Positions 1-12,700 of a DNA stretch of 64,000 nucleotides are shown here, in pieces. Origin of the DNA: Marsupella aquatica (lineage: Eukaryota > Plantae > Marchantiophyta). The first letter of the stretch is position 1, and the number at the start of each line of letters is the position of its first letter. The notes beneath the pieces are model-generated. The model was not told the DNA's origin. It made no database searches and saw nothing but the letters and a program-made list of their open reading frames with translations. Position numbers and translations under genes: made by a program. The stretch spans positions 19,967,224-20,031,223 of the forward strand of contig OZ316897.1 in the NCBI GenBank assembly GCA_973895155.1, written 5' to 3'.

Positions 1-65
1 TTATTTAAGAGGCAAACCCAAATTAATTATTTAAGAGGCAAACACAAATTAATTATTTAAGAGGC
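1..65. repeat. 26-bp tandem repeat, about 2.5 copies, runs off the window edge
   Basis: ttatttaagaggcaaacMcaaattaa at 1 and 27, partial copy at 53. Confidence 0.85.
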
Positions 66-176
66 TAGGGCAAACAACTGCAAAAAGCCCAGGCTGCAAA
101 TTTCAAAGATTTTGCACTTCTAGATACTTTGCTATATGTGCAAGTGCACAAGTCTTTGAAATTCTAGATACTTTAA

Positions 177-443
177 TTGCACATAGCCTTAGTTTACACT
201 CGATGTCCCAAGTTTCCCTGGATTTCTGCCTACATGATGGATGGCACAAGAGCCATCCTGTACATGGATTGGTGCAATCTGACGATACTCTATGTAACTT
301 GTCAAGCACTTATCAATAAAGGCATGCGTTATCCCTCATGCACTTGTGGGCAATTGGAAGCATACTTACTTATGCACTGTTTGCACTTATATATTTTCCA
401 TGTAGAGATGGTCAACATGCACTTCATTAAAAACTGGATCTAA
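177..443 (+). pseudogene. Possible degraded SWIM zinc-finger fragment (MULE transposase-like)
   Basis: PSCTCGQLEAYLLMHCLH fits the SWIM spacing CxC-x10-CxH; no other transposase motif seen. Confidence 0.2.
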
Positions 444-3400
444 ATCATTAAAGACTGCTAATTGTTGGGTATTGGTCCTTGCTCCTGCCTGACTCGCTTG
501 TCATTAGGCCGCTGGTTGGGGTGAGTCCAGAGGGAGGGAGTCAGGACTCAAGTGGGGAGGGAGGGGAGTTAGTTCAGTTGCAGCGCGGCGGGCCAAACTT
601 GATCGTATCGTGCTTTCAGGGCTGGAGACGCAGCAGGGCCAGCTGTGGGGCGAGGCAGACAAGACTAGTGTGACTCCGTGTCGCCACTACACTGCAATTC
701 AAGTGAGGACTGTTTGGGGTTTTTTTTTTGTCTTATTGCTTCCATTTTCCCATTTTCAATTTTTCTCATCCTAAAAGTTCTGGAAAGGTTAAACGATGAC
801 CATGCAGAGTCAAAAAAGGCAGAACCCTTTTATATATTATAGTTTTTGATTCTTGTTAGAGAGGGCAAAGGTGAGAGCATGGGGATGCAAGATGGGTGAC
901 AGCAACAACCACATCATAGAGTCCAAGCATGGTTCCGCAATGGGAGTGAACACTTGTTGTTTTATTATTTAAAATTTATTAAACAAATATAAATACAGAG
1001 AAATATTTTTCAATTTTAAGGAGAAAATAAATCATATATATTTTTCTATCAGGTGATTGACAAAATCCAACAGAAAAACTTGTCCCCCTATTTATCCTTG
1101 TTTTGTTTTCCTCACCCTTTCTACTTTTCTCCATTTTTTCATTTTTCAAATGGAGTTGGATGAACGCACTTAGAGGAGGTCTGACCTTGTTAGGCCCAAC
1201 TCCAACATCACCGTCAGGGTTAATACTTGCAAGTGGAAAATATAGGGCCTAGAGAAGATAAGATGAGAATAAAGGATGGTGGATGGCGACTTGTGAATAT
1301 CATGAATCAAATATCAGGTATTGGACAATTAGGAATATATATTTAGTGATTTATATTAATAGATCAGAAATAAGGCTTACTGAGTACTTGTTGCCACCAA
1401 GGCTTCAGCGGATAGAGGAAGTGGGATTACCTATTGTTGCCTCCCTTCCCTGATCTGTTTCACAAAAAATATGGTTAAATTAACCAGCCCCTACTAATAG
1501 AAAGAGAGGAAGTGTTAAAGATCAAATGTACTCTTCACTTCTAAAAAGGCATTTAAAAGCTTGAGATTATAGGGGAATAGAGATGCATATCAATGTGTGC
1601 AGCATTGTGATAACCTCACCGAAGAGAACATTACAAACAATGATGAATTAACCAATTAACTTCATGTTTGCTGCACTGTAAATATTACATTTCAAACTGC
1701 CCAAAAACAAGGGGCGCCTAACCCGGAGACATGATCCCTCAGGCAAAAGACCCGATCAAGGGGGGGACAACCAAAGGGCCAAGAAAGGCCAGGAAGCAAA
1801 GAAACAAGAGACAACCTAAGCCCTAAAAACCAGAAGCCCAAAACCTACTGAACTGCAAACTGAAGAGCCTGGTAGAACTCTCCAGTGTGAACTGCATAGG
1901 AGGAGGTTTGTCTGTAGAGGAACTAGTGTGAAGGCCTAACAAGGGAACAAACTACGCTAATGATTTATTCCTCACAAACAAAAACAAACTAATAATATTC
2001 AGAGACACTTGCCCCAAAAGCAAGACACCGAACCCTAAAATATCAGCCGCTGCTCAGTTGACTACGTCCAAGCGCCTACCTGGCATAATTGACCCATAGA
2101 TATGAGTAGGTTTGGTAGGACTGCCTAGGAACTCAACATTGCGTATGGCTGATCGATCCCAATAAAGAAAGTCATCCTAGCTCGGAGATGCAGAAGCCTG
2201 GAAGCCTGCTGAAGTAAGGACGAAATGGGAGATTTGATCGAACTGAACCCTCATACGTTGATACGTACAGGCAGCAATAGAACCTGTCGAATGTTAACTC
2301 TAACCTGATAAATTTCCTTGCTGTCTTTAATATAGCAACTGGCTTTGCTAGGGTAGTAACTAGTAAGCCCCGGAAAATCTGTTGCAGGCTTTATTAAGAC
2401 AGCACTGCCTCGAGCACCGCAACGATTTTAATTATCCCTTACTAGCCAACAAGTCTGCGGAACCCTAAGTTCGATGTTTGGGGACCTGTGTGCCAGGCAA
2501 GAAAACTGGATTGGACGAAAGATCTGAAGTGAGACACGGACGAGAGTGCCAAATATATCCACTTTGGGTGTAGCAGTTTGAACGACATAGTGACTGGTGG
2601 CTGCAAGCATCAGACTGATGTTAATCCACGAAAAGGGTAACTGATTTCTGATGACACCAAAGGTTAATTGAAAGGCCGTGTACTGATCGACTACACTCAA
2701 AGGTGACGTACTGATTACAAAGTGACAACGAAAGGAAACGATAATCATATATGACACTTATAGGTTCATGAACCCACATAATAAAATCTGATTGTGAATT
2801 AATTGATCCAGTGATTTTGTGAACCCGTCCAATTTCCTTCTGTATTTTTTAGTGTTTCCTTGTGTGTCCGTTGCAATTGTAGGGGTCTTTGGGGTTGTTT
2901 GCAAGCCGGGAGTGGAGATGGGGGAATCAGAGCCGATTATTGTCCACTCCCGGCTCATATTTTGTAATTCATACCTGACAAAAAAATTAATACTTGACAA
3001 TATTTAATAATTAATATTTGACAAAAGCATTGTTACCGTAAGCTCTATCACGTAACCATAAACTTCAATTATTCGATCCAATGGTTTTCTCATCCGATCG
3101 AGCTACGATCAGAAACTGAAACTGTTACGTCACTAAAGAATATATACGTACCAAGCAGATAGCAACGCAATTAATGTTCACGAGTATTGGCTTAAAATAC
3201 TGGACAAGGTGAAGATTAAGACTTTGAACGAGTACATTGTGGGAGCACTATCCTGAACGTTGCAGGAGTACTACGTACTATTTACTGTGTAGCATAAAAC
3301 TCTTTCTCTAAAACCGGCTCTGTCATCTCCACTCTTTTAGACAAAGACTCAAATTAGGACGGTACCAACACCACATCCCGCACTACATGTATAACTCATA

Positions 3401-4022
3401 TTGACCTCGTTTGTGAGACATTCGAACAAGAGGCGTGACAAAAGTAAGTTTTCCTCGCAACTCAAACTAATACCAAGCCAAATATGAGCAATTTTTTTAA
3501 TTTGGAACGGTAGTGCGGGCGGTAATGATGTGTTTTATTGAAGTTTACACTTTCGCACGTACAAGTTTGGGGCAAGAACAGTACAACCCCTAATTAGCCG
3601 CTGTCACAGAGTCGGCCGTGTATACCTTTATTGAGACTTATCCAAGCCTAAATTAAGAGCTAGGGAACTAAAAGTTCTTAAATGACGGCACCAACTGGAT
3701 CTGACTATCACATTTATTCAATCACAAACGGACCAGGTCTCCATCGATCTAGCTTGTCATCAATCGGTTCTGTCTCCTCCCTTCAACAGGTTCCTTCATG
3801 CACTTATTCGAACCAATCGTAATTGGTTATGAAGACCAGCATCATCTTTCATCAATCGATTCTGTCTCCTCCCCTGACCAACGCAAAACTTAAATCATAA
3901 TATATATAGCATATATACAAAGTCGACAGATATCTGGGTCGAGTGGCAGGATACTCAACAGCTAAACTATACAGTACGTCAGAAATAAGGACCTATTCTA
4001 AAGCAGGTGAGAAAATTGATAC

Positions 4023-4346
4023 TCACTGAACAGTAGTCAATGGAGGCTGGGGAGACTTAGATTTCCAGTCAGCTACGTGGACGTACTGCCCATTCTGCGG
4101 ATTCACAATGGAAAATCCCAGCTGGTCTACTGCCCAGTGGCAATCGCTGCATCGAACTGGCAAGTCATAGAAGGGAGAGAAGTTTGTCTCCCACATGGAC
4201 AGATGTTCGTCCTGTTTTCCAAGAAGGCTGAAGATACAGCTGATAGAGGTAGCTGGATCAGAAATTGTTGCCGCCCACTTGGACCCGCTTGCCAAATTGA
4301 TGTCGCCCAGATTCTTAGCATATCCCTGATCTGTATCACAATGCAT
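4023..4346 (-). pseudogene. S-protein homologue (SPH / plant self-incompatibility S1 family)-like domain, 5' end disrupted
   Basis: HC..NLG..NL..G..W...SC.F...C..C.WAV...G...W matches the SPH Cys/Trp pattern. In-frame TAA lies 4 codons upstream of the ATG. A hydrophobic signal-like stretch (VLFGVALVVELYISMC) near 4475-4520 is cut off from the domain by stop codons. Confidence 0.5.
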
Positions 4347-5439
4347 GGATAAGATTTACAGCCTTGAAGATGAGAAGACTTGAGAACAGATAGAATTCTA
4401 AAATCACAGTATAATTCATAGATTTCAAGCTTCATATCAGACGGTATGTACGTAGGGGAAGGCAGGACTAGACACACATCGAAATGTACAGCTCCACTAC
4501 TAAAGCCACACCAAAGAGGACATCTACAGGCAGAAGATCAGCCTACTTAATCTTGAATCGGCTGTCCAGTTTCGGTAGGAAGCAACGACAAACAAAAACG
4601 AACTCATGATAACCAGGTAGGCTTACCGCCAAGCCCAAGACACCGAGCCCTGATATCAACCGCTCCTGTATTGGCTATGTCGAAACCGCCCATTTCATTG
4701 GATTGACCCCTGGTCAAAGCCAAGCTTGACACGATTGCCAAGGCAATCAGGATTGTCTGTCGGAACCCCATCGAGAAAATCACGGTCGGAACTGCAGAAA
4801 GCTAGAAGAAGCCAAACGAAAACGCAGGCCGGAACTGAAAGCTCAGCTGTTGGAGAACTGGCTCCAAAGAGAAGAGATCGAGAAATGAAGGATCGGTCAG
4901 CCATTTTCTGATTATTTATAACGTCTTCAAGCCACATAACGCGGATATCAACACCTCTGCTGAACGAATCTTAGCCGTTCAATCCCCCAAGTGCTGAATG
5001 TTAAGTCCATCCTGTACGTCTAAAGCGCGACTATCGATCCATGGTTCCACCATGAATGAATGAATATTATAACAGGCCCAACAGGCAGCCTGAAACCCTA
5101 AACTGAAGGTTTTCAGGTGACAATGGAGATGAAGACTTTGATTGGATATCCTCGCCGGGGAGGGACAGCTGTTGGACTATGAAGCCTCGCGCCACAAGTT
5201 CTAGAGGCTTCCAGCTGGCGACCGTATTTTGGGGGATAGCCCAGAATCTTCTACGTCTAGATTCCAGTTTCTGTCAAGGAATACGGTATTCAAATCTGAG
5301 GGAATACGGTGTACATGAGTGTGACTCCTCGATGGACCTGGCTCCAATATTTTCTCTCGCCGTGTTCTTGCCGATGGTTTTGATACCAACGAGAGATGTG
5401 AACAGGGTCTGAAACGTTTCCTTTGGGATTCGTCGATAC

Positions 5440-7950
5440 ACATTGTTCGAGAACTGCTCTCGCTGCTGGAGCGCGAGACGACGACCAAGCGCAGGAAGGA
5501 TCGTGTGACTGGTAGGAGAATTCGGTACCCTCCACTTTCGTTGGGTTACATGAACCTCCTTTTCCATTAGTGTTGCGTCTCTGACTAGCTGGTGTTAAAT
5601 TCGTCTCGCTGTTCTTAATCGGGCCTATTGAGCCGAATGTGGTCTAATTTACATGTCGGCAGTTCACATCTTCTCATTCCATTTTAGTACGTGCAGCTTT
5701 CATGGATCTGGGCAGAGAACTGAGATGAAAGTTGCACTGGACGTTTCCTAGCTTGCACATCTGTCGGAGGTCCAAGCGGCATTCGTTATCCTTAAAACTC
5801 GTTAGGAAACTTATCGTCGATTCAATCGTAGCTTCGAATTTGTGTTCATCTGTTCATTCCACTCTCTTGCATCGTAGATAGTAAGGGTCTGTTGTCACTC
5901 CTGGAGCGGAAGACAACCAAGCGAACGGTGAGCGCTGCTTGGTATAACGTTACCTACTTATACTGTTTATTAGTTGGTTTACCCAATGTTATTTCTGTGT
6001 GGTATAGTAATATGTTGTTTGTCAGTCGGACGCCGCTCAGGAGTTGCGTTGGATGGTCTGTCAGAATGGACGTAAGTAAATTTGTTCCAATTTCTATTCG
6101 GAGGTTTCTGACGGTGCTGGAAATGGAAATTATACGATTTCGTTTGCTCGTCCGCTTCCGCTGTGTTCATCGAGTTGTGTTCTTGGTCAGTTTCTCTCCA
6201 AATCCTCACTTTTTTCCGTCATTCACCTTTCTGCTTCGTAGTGCTAAATATGTTCCAGGATCGAAGGCAGGTTTCGAAAGAGAGAAACTGACTATGAACA
6301 CAACGCGACGAACGGCCAGTAACCCACTTATTTATGCCCAGCTCTATTCCACTCCCCCCTCACTCGGCAAGGACTCATTCGTCGTTGTAAGAGGTTCCAT
6401 TCCCCTCTCACTCAGCTCGAAGCTAGGACATCATTACTTGACGTTGCAAGGGTATAGGAGATTTGACGTTCTGAGAGCCAAGACATCGAGGTTTGTATCT
6501 TCTGAGAAACTATTGTAAATCCAGTTGATTCAATTGATTTTCTCCTTTGTGTAATGACAGCTATAGGGTCTGAAAGCTTAGGAGGCGAGGGGAAAGGGGC
6601 GATCCCAAGCAGAAACGACGATTCTAATAGCAATGAAAATTACTAGATATTTTGTGCGGGTAGTCCAGCCAGAGGAAATGCACGGAAGCAAGTCGTCGTC
6701 CAATCATTGATTATTAGAGGCGATCGATCTTGCACGGGCAATCTAGCCAGCGGAAATGCACGGAAGCATGTGGTGGTCCAATCATTTGTGTATGGAGACG
6801 ATCTTGCGCGCGCAATCTAGGCAGTAGAAATGCACGGAAGCATGCATGGGCTCGTCCAATCACTTTGTCCAATCATTTTGTGTCGGAGGTAGCGAGGGTA
6901 CGTGGGAGAGAGGGAGTGGACCAAAGAGAAGAAACAAATGTCGGCCGCCGCGGGTAGCACAATGATCGCGACCAAGGACATAGAGTCAAGTATTTATCGT
7001 GCTTGCCTGCCCCGAACCTAAATATAGCAGCTTCGGAGGCTTCTGACGGGCTGTGTAACATTAGAGATTATCTTTCCAACTGTTAGGTGGGAGATATGCA
7101 GAGGATGGGCTTCTATGTAGGATGACGAGTTGGATCTGATAACGAGGAGAGATAGACACAAGGTAGTTGGAACTTTGCGTCCGGAACCTTTTCAGTCGTT
7201 CATTCCGCTCTCTTGCGTGACAGGGAAGAACCTGTTGTCAGTGCTGGAGCGTGAGGCGATCGACGGGGCGAAAGTAGAATTCGATCCACTCTCCATCAAC
7301 CTCCCATTTCTTGGTATTTGCTCACTACTGTTTCGTCTCGTTGGTTTGTATTCGTCCAGTCCTCTAATTCAGAAGAATGTTGTCTAAGTAGTTAACCGGC
7401 AGTGTACACATTTCGAACGAGTTCTTTGGTGCTCGTGTGGATTGGGCAGAACGGTGACTTGAATGTTGAGCGTAATAAGACGAGGGCAACGCTTCCGAGC
7501 ACTTGTCTGAACTCTAAACAGTTGCAAGGATTACGTACTGAACAATTATAGCACCTGAGGAAACTGAGTCACGTTTGCATTTAGCTTGCGATAGGATGTT
7601 TCGTTTCGTTACTATTCGAAGGTTTCTGCGTCGGTGCTGGAAACGAAAATGGAATTATAGATCGTCACGTTATAGAGATAAATGACCGAGAGGGAGAGAA
7701 CATTCTGTTTCCAACCTTATGCCGCGCGTATGTGAGAGCTATTTGATTGGAGGGTACGGTGATGCGGTAGAAGGGTCCTGGACCTTCAGCAGTCGTTATC
7801 CTCAAGCCGCGGCTCGTTAAGAAACTTGTCGCCGATTCAATCAGAACTTTGAATTCGTGTTCATCCGTTCTTACCTAGAACAGCCGGTCGTTACTCTGAA
7901 GCGGAGAACAAACGAGCGAACGGTGTTCGCTGCTCTGGTATTAACATTAC
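5440..7950 (+). repeat. Diverged segmental duplication / mosaic of repeated non-coding modules
   Basis: 5780-5950 matches 7790-7950, 5510-5660 matches 7275-7410, 6080-6135 matches 7600-7660. The motif ctgRagcg..gac..ccaagcg recurs near 5465, 5900, 7245 and 7895. Confidence 0.6.
6655..6880 (+). repeat. About three imperfect ~75-bp units, each containing a CCAAT box
   Basis: gaaatgcacggaagca...gtccaatca occurs three times (near 6675, 6752, 6827) plus an extra gtccaatca. Confidence 0.7.
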
Positions 7951-7964
7951 AATCATGCACCTTT

Positions 7965-8226
7965 TGATTTCATTGGGCTACCCAACCTCGTTAGTGAAGT
8001 GGCTCTTCAAGTGAGGCGTCGGTAGGACATTGGGAGCTTTAGTATTGTCCAGCCGGACCGTAATTCAGCAGAAAATTCTCTAATTGATCCGTTGTGATTT
8101 CATTGGGCTACCCAACCTCGTTAGTGAAGTGGCTCTTCAAGTGAGGCGTCGGTAGGACATTGGGAGCTTTAGTATATATTGTCCAGCCGGACGGTAATTC
8201 AGCAGAAAATCCTCTAATTGATCCGT
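7965..8226. repeat. Near-perfect 130-bp tandem duplication
   Basis: tgatttcattgggctacccaacctcg...ctctaattgatccgt at 7965 and 8095. Confidence 0.95.
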
Positions 8227-9733
8227 CGGCGCGCAGGGCATGGGGAGCTTCTCTGTATTTGGCAGAAAACTTAGGCGAAAGTTAACCAGCGTGTGTGAAG
8301 GACGTTCCTGGGCAGATCGCTAGGAAGTCCAAGCAGTGACTGCGGGCGAACTAGTGCAACGTCGACGGTCACTGATAAAAGTGAGTTCCCGAGTGAGTCA
8401 TGTTTACACCTAGCCTAACTGCCTGCGTTCTATGTGCCGTCATAGATTACTAGTCTTAGCTTGAGATGAATTGCCGAGAAGTGTGAAATCTACCGAGCTA
8501 TGAGAACAATTAATACAACAAGTCGTCGCTCGGACGAATTACCGAGCTATCAAGAGAATTAATAGGGGGTACAACAGCTCGGAGAATAAATAGGGAGCAC
8601 AATAAGTCGTCGCTCGGATGAATTACCGAGTTAAGGACAATTCCGAACTATTTGTCGCGCAAATATGAGAATTACTTAGGAGGGCAGGGTAGCGATGCTT
8701 CTACTGTAGATATGTCGGTGCTTCTACGGTGGACGAGTGATAAGTTTTTATCCTTAGGTGTATTATTTTGGGAAACTTATGTCGATACAACATATATTTG
8801 AGTTCAGGCTCGTTCATTGATCCCGCTTTCTTTATTTCCAGGTACGAGCCTAACGGCGATCTTGGAACCCACCAAGCGCGCAATGTCAGCGTGGCATCAA
8901 GTGAGGTATCAATCTACCCGCAAATTAGTTGTGATTTAGACCAACGTTGTTTCCGTGTAGAGTTGCCTCATTTGTGTTTCCGTTCGCGAGTCTTCTTCGT
9001 CGGCAAGGGGCATGTCTTTTCATCGAATGTAATTATGGGGAGATATGTGGATCTGGCAGGGGACGGAGCCAGAAGTTCAGTGTAATTTGAAGGAACAAAG
9101 GTCTTTGAGCAGATATTTGGAAAGTGCAGTGACGTTCATCTAACGATGTCGTAAGTGAAAACTCTGTCTAGATCTGGGAACAAATGATTTATGCTAAGTG
9201 CACTTCATTTATCTTTCTGTACAATTAACACAACAAGTGAACATGGGACGGGTTTCCTGGAAAGCACTAAAATCTCCTCTTTCGGAAGAGTTAAAATCTC
9301 TTGTGCGAAACCGCTCGCCCACTCCGATAAAGCTGGTCTCCCTGTTATGAATTGCTGTAACATTTCCGGATAGGGTTAGAGCTGTGTCAGCCCTAATCTG
9401 CATTTTTCCAGCCTTTTTTTACGGGCTATATTTATGCTTCGCTGTCCCATCACTCCATCAGTCTTATCTCAGTATAAGTTATGGGATCCGCGTCTCAGCT
9501 CGCGAGGCGAATCGATCTGATTGGTCTCGCTTCAAATGGTCTCGCTTCAAATGGGGACTTCCTTCAGGGCGAAGGCTTCTTTCGTCGTGTTATTCCTCTG
9601 GAATTTGTTTCATTCGTTAGATTCTCTGGCATCATGGTCCCGGAAGGTCGTGCTTTGTGTAATTTACGTGGTACAAACCCCGCTCGTTCCTTTTTGAAGG
9701 CACGAGAAGGCAAGCCGCAGCAGGAATCCGGAA

Positions 9734-12700
9734 ATGACCAAGGCAAGAAAATGCGCTGGAAAGACGAACAATAGCAGGGCTGTTGAAAAGGAGAGCGCTA
9801 GAAAGGATGGTAAGAACAAGCAAGGAGGACGTGATGTTTCATTGGGCAACAAGCTACCATCAGCTGATGATGAGACGTGTTGGAAGCGACACTATGGGAA
9901 GGAGTGGCTGTGTGCCAGTATGACTCTGGAAGACCTGTCTTATTGCGAGAACCCGAGAATGTCATTCAATAACATGAAGAATCGAGGCTCAGAGACGAAG
10001 ACAGAGACCATGGGGACGACTATCTCTGTGAATAGCCCAGCGGGAAAGGAAAAAAGTCAGATGCGAAAGAGAAACATTGGAGACATTTCTGATTTGGATT
10101 CTTATCATGAAGAATCAGAGGTGAAACCGAAGCGCAAGCGAACAACTGGCAATGTTTCCAAATCGAAAGTAATCTCTTCATCTACAGGAGACAACAGCCC
10201 AGCGGGAAAGAAAAAAAGTCAGAAGCAAAAGAGCGTTGGAAACATTTCTGAGACGGTTTCTGATTACGAAGAATTAGTGGACGATTCTGATGTGGGTTTT
10301 GATAACGAAGAATACGAGGCGAAATCGAAGCGCAAGCGAACGACTGGCAAGGTTTCCAAATCGAAAGGAGTCTCGTCATCTAATAATGGACACGACACAA
10401 AAATTTCGGGAAATACCAAGCTTCGGGTTAGTCTCTACCAGCAGAGAGACTGCTTACTACCTCTCTAACTCTTAGTGCCGATAGCTAGTGACATAAGAAT
10501 CTATGCATGAGTCTGAGGAATTTCGCACGTGCTGTAGTTAGGTTTCAAGTGGTTGAGACCTTTTTCCAGTTTTTTAATGAGTTGCTCAGCTTCTGCCTCC
10601 TGTGGGTTGCGAATGAGTTGTGAGATATATGTGTCAGATCTCCGTAATTAATACTAAGTTTCTTCTCTTGCTCTGACAGGGTTCGAAATTGAATTGGGTG
10701 AGGCCAGCCGATCGCTCCAAGAATTGTAGGAATTGCCATCAGTGTAAGCGGAATGATAAAAAGGAGGTTGTAAGCTGCGAGAAATGTGACAACACTCGAT
10801 ACTGCACCATGTGTATTACATCATGGTAAGGGAAAATGCTCGGCAGCTTTAGCTACAAAATGGAACAAATGAAAGGAATATTTGAATTTTGTAATTTTAC
10901 GTAAACACTTATTTATCAGGAATTCATAGTGGGACCTGAAATGCAGAGATAATTCAATCTAGGCGCACCGTTTCACAAGAAATACACTCCACAACATATT
11001 TTGCCCAATTCCACAAGTCGAAGTTCATGCTAAAGTCGGTTGTTTTTTCTGATAGTACCCTAGACTGATGCTTTTGAATTTCCCAGGTATCCAGATTTGA
11101 CCAACGAAGATTTTAAGAGCAACTGTCCTCGATGCCGAGGAAACTGCAATTGCACGGCATGTCTTCGTAGAGACGGCCTAGTATCGGTAAGAAACGTCTG
11201 CAATGAATTTCTTTATATCTTGAAACTTAACGGCAGATCTTGTAATGGGTACAGTTATTGATCACGTTTCTGACACTTCTTTAGTTTCTTATCTCAGCAG
11301 CTAACTCTGTCCGTTGATCTGGCATGGACGTACAGGATGAGTACAATCCTTCCGAATCTGAGACTATTAAACATAGTCAGTACTTGCTACGCAAAGTCAG
11401 CCGTTATCTGACTGATTTGCACGAGGAGCAGAGCTTGGAACTGGAGCTTGAAAGATCACTCAAAGGTCCTTTTCGGCCCAATTTGATTTTTTGTTCTTCT
11501 AAGGCTTGTGGCTATTGCAGTTTGAAGATTTTTATGAGGATGGGCGAGGGCACTTAGGGACCGGGCTTGATTGAAAAGGGTTCGTAGGTTGTGTGGCCAA
11601 GTCACTAGAGTCAAGAGCTTTTGAAGAGCTCCATTCATAAGGCTGTAAATTCACAAAGTGATGGCTCATGCCTGACTTGACTAAGAGTCCCACACTACTA
11701 AGAGATGTCGACAGGGAATTGTAGCGCTCTACTTCTACTGTACATTGTTTTCTACCTGCTCTAACATTTGACATCGACGTGTTGGTACAGGAATGCCAGA
11801 CTACAAACCCAGGCCAATTCTTCTGCACTATGATGAACGCTTGTATTGGTATGGCCGTGAATTCTCTCTATATATGTATACTTGGCCCTCCTATTCCTCG
11901 TCATTTGTTTTCGAATTAGTGCTTTAAGGCTGGCGTCTTGGTCTCAACAATTGGTTACGCAACTTACTGAGGTGATCTAGTTTCGTGTGAGATAATCTGA
12001 CTGAATTATGTATCCAAGGCGATTTATTAACCTTTGTCCTGTAAAATTGACATGGTTGTTGTTTTGTTAAACAGTAACGAGTGCTACACTTCCATCGTGG
12101 ATTTTCATCGTCATTGTGAAAATCCTGAGTGTGAGTATGATCTTTGCCTTGCATGTTGCAAGGAGTTCCGGGCTGGTCGGCACCCAGGACAGGACCCGCA
12201 CGGGTGTGCTCACGAGAAGTCCGTAGAATGGGCACTTGAGAAAGAGACTGGCCACATGGAAGACAGTTTGAAAGCACATGGTGGGATTGAAAGTTGTCTC
12301 TCAGACTGGAAATCCAACAAGGATGGCAACATCGTCTGTCCACCTAAGGTGCTAGGTGGTTGTGGTTCCACTTTCCTATCGTTGAGGACTCTCATGGAGG
12401 ATGATTGGGTGGCAAACCTGGTTCGAGATGTTCGTGATATTGTGGACCCTAGTATTGAAGCTCTGGATGACACAAACAAAGGTTGTGAAATTTTCTCATC
12501 TGAACACCGTCCAAGTACCCCGGGAAGGGAGGACGAACTTGATACGAAAAATGACTTTGACAGCAGTAGAAGATTGGCTGCAAACAGACAAAGATCTTCA
12601 GACAATTACCTGTATTGTCCAACCATGGAGGAGCTAAACAATGAGGGTCAGGAGCAATTTCAAAAACATTGGAGGCTGGGCCAGCCCATAATAGCTCGCA

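Noticed and set aside
1690-1945. Possible 3' end of another CRE-like LINE on the minus strand
   Set aside because: Only compositional resemblance to the 62300-62560 tail; no diagnostic motif
5892-6518. 208-aa ORF
   Set aside because: Non-ATG start, no recognisable domain, overlaps duplicated non-coding modules
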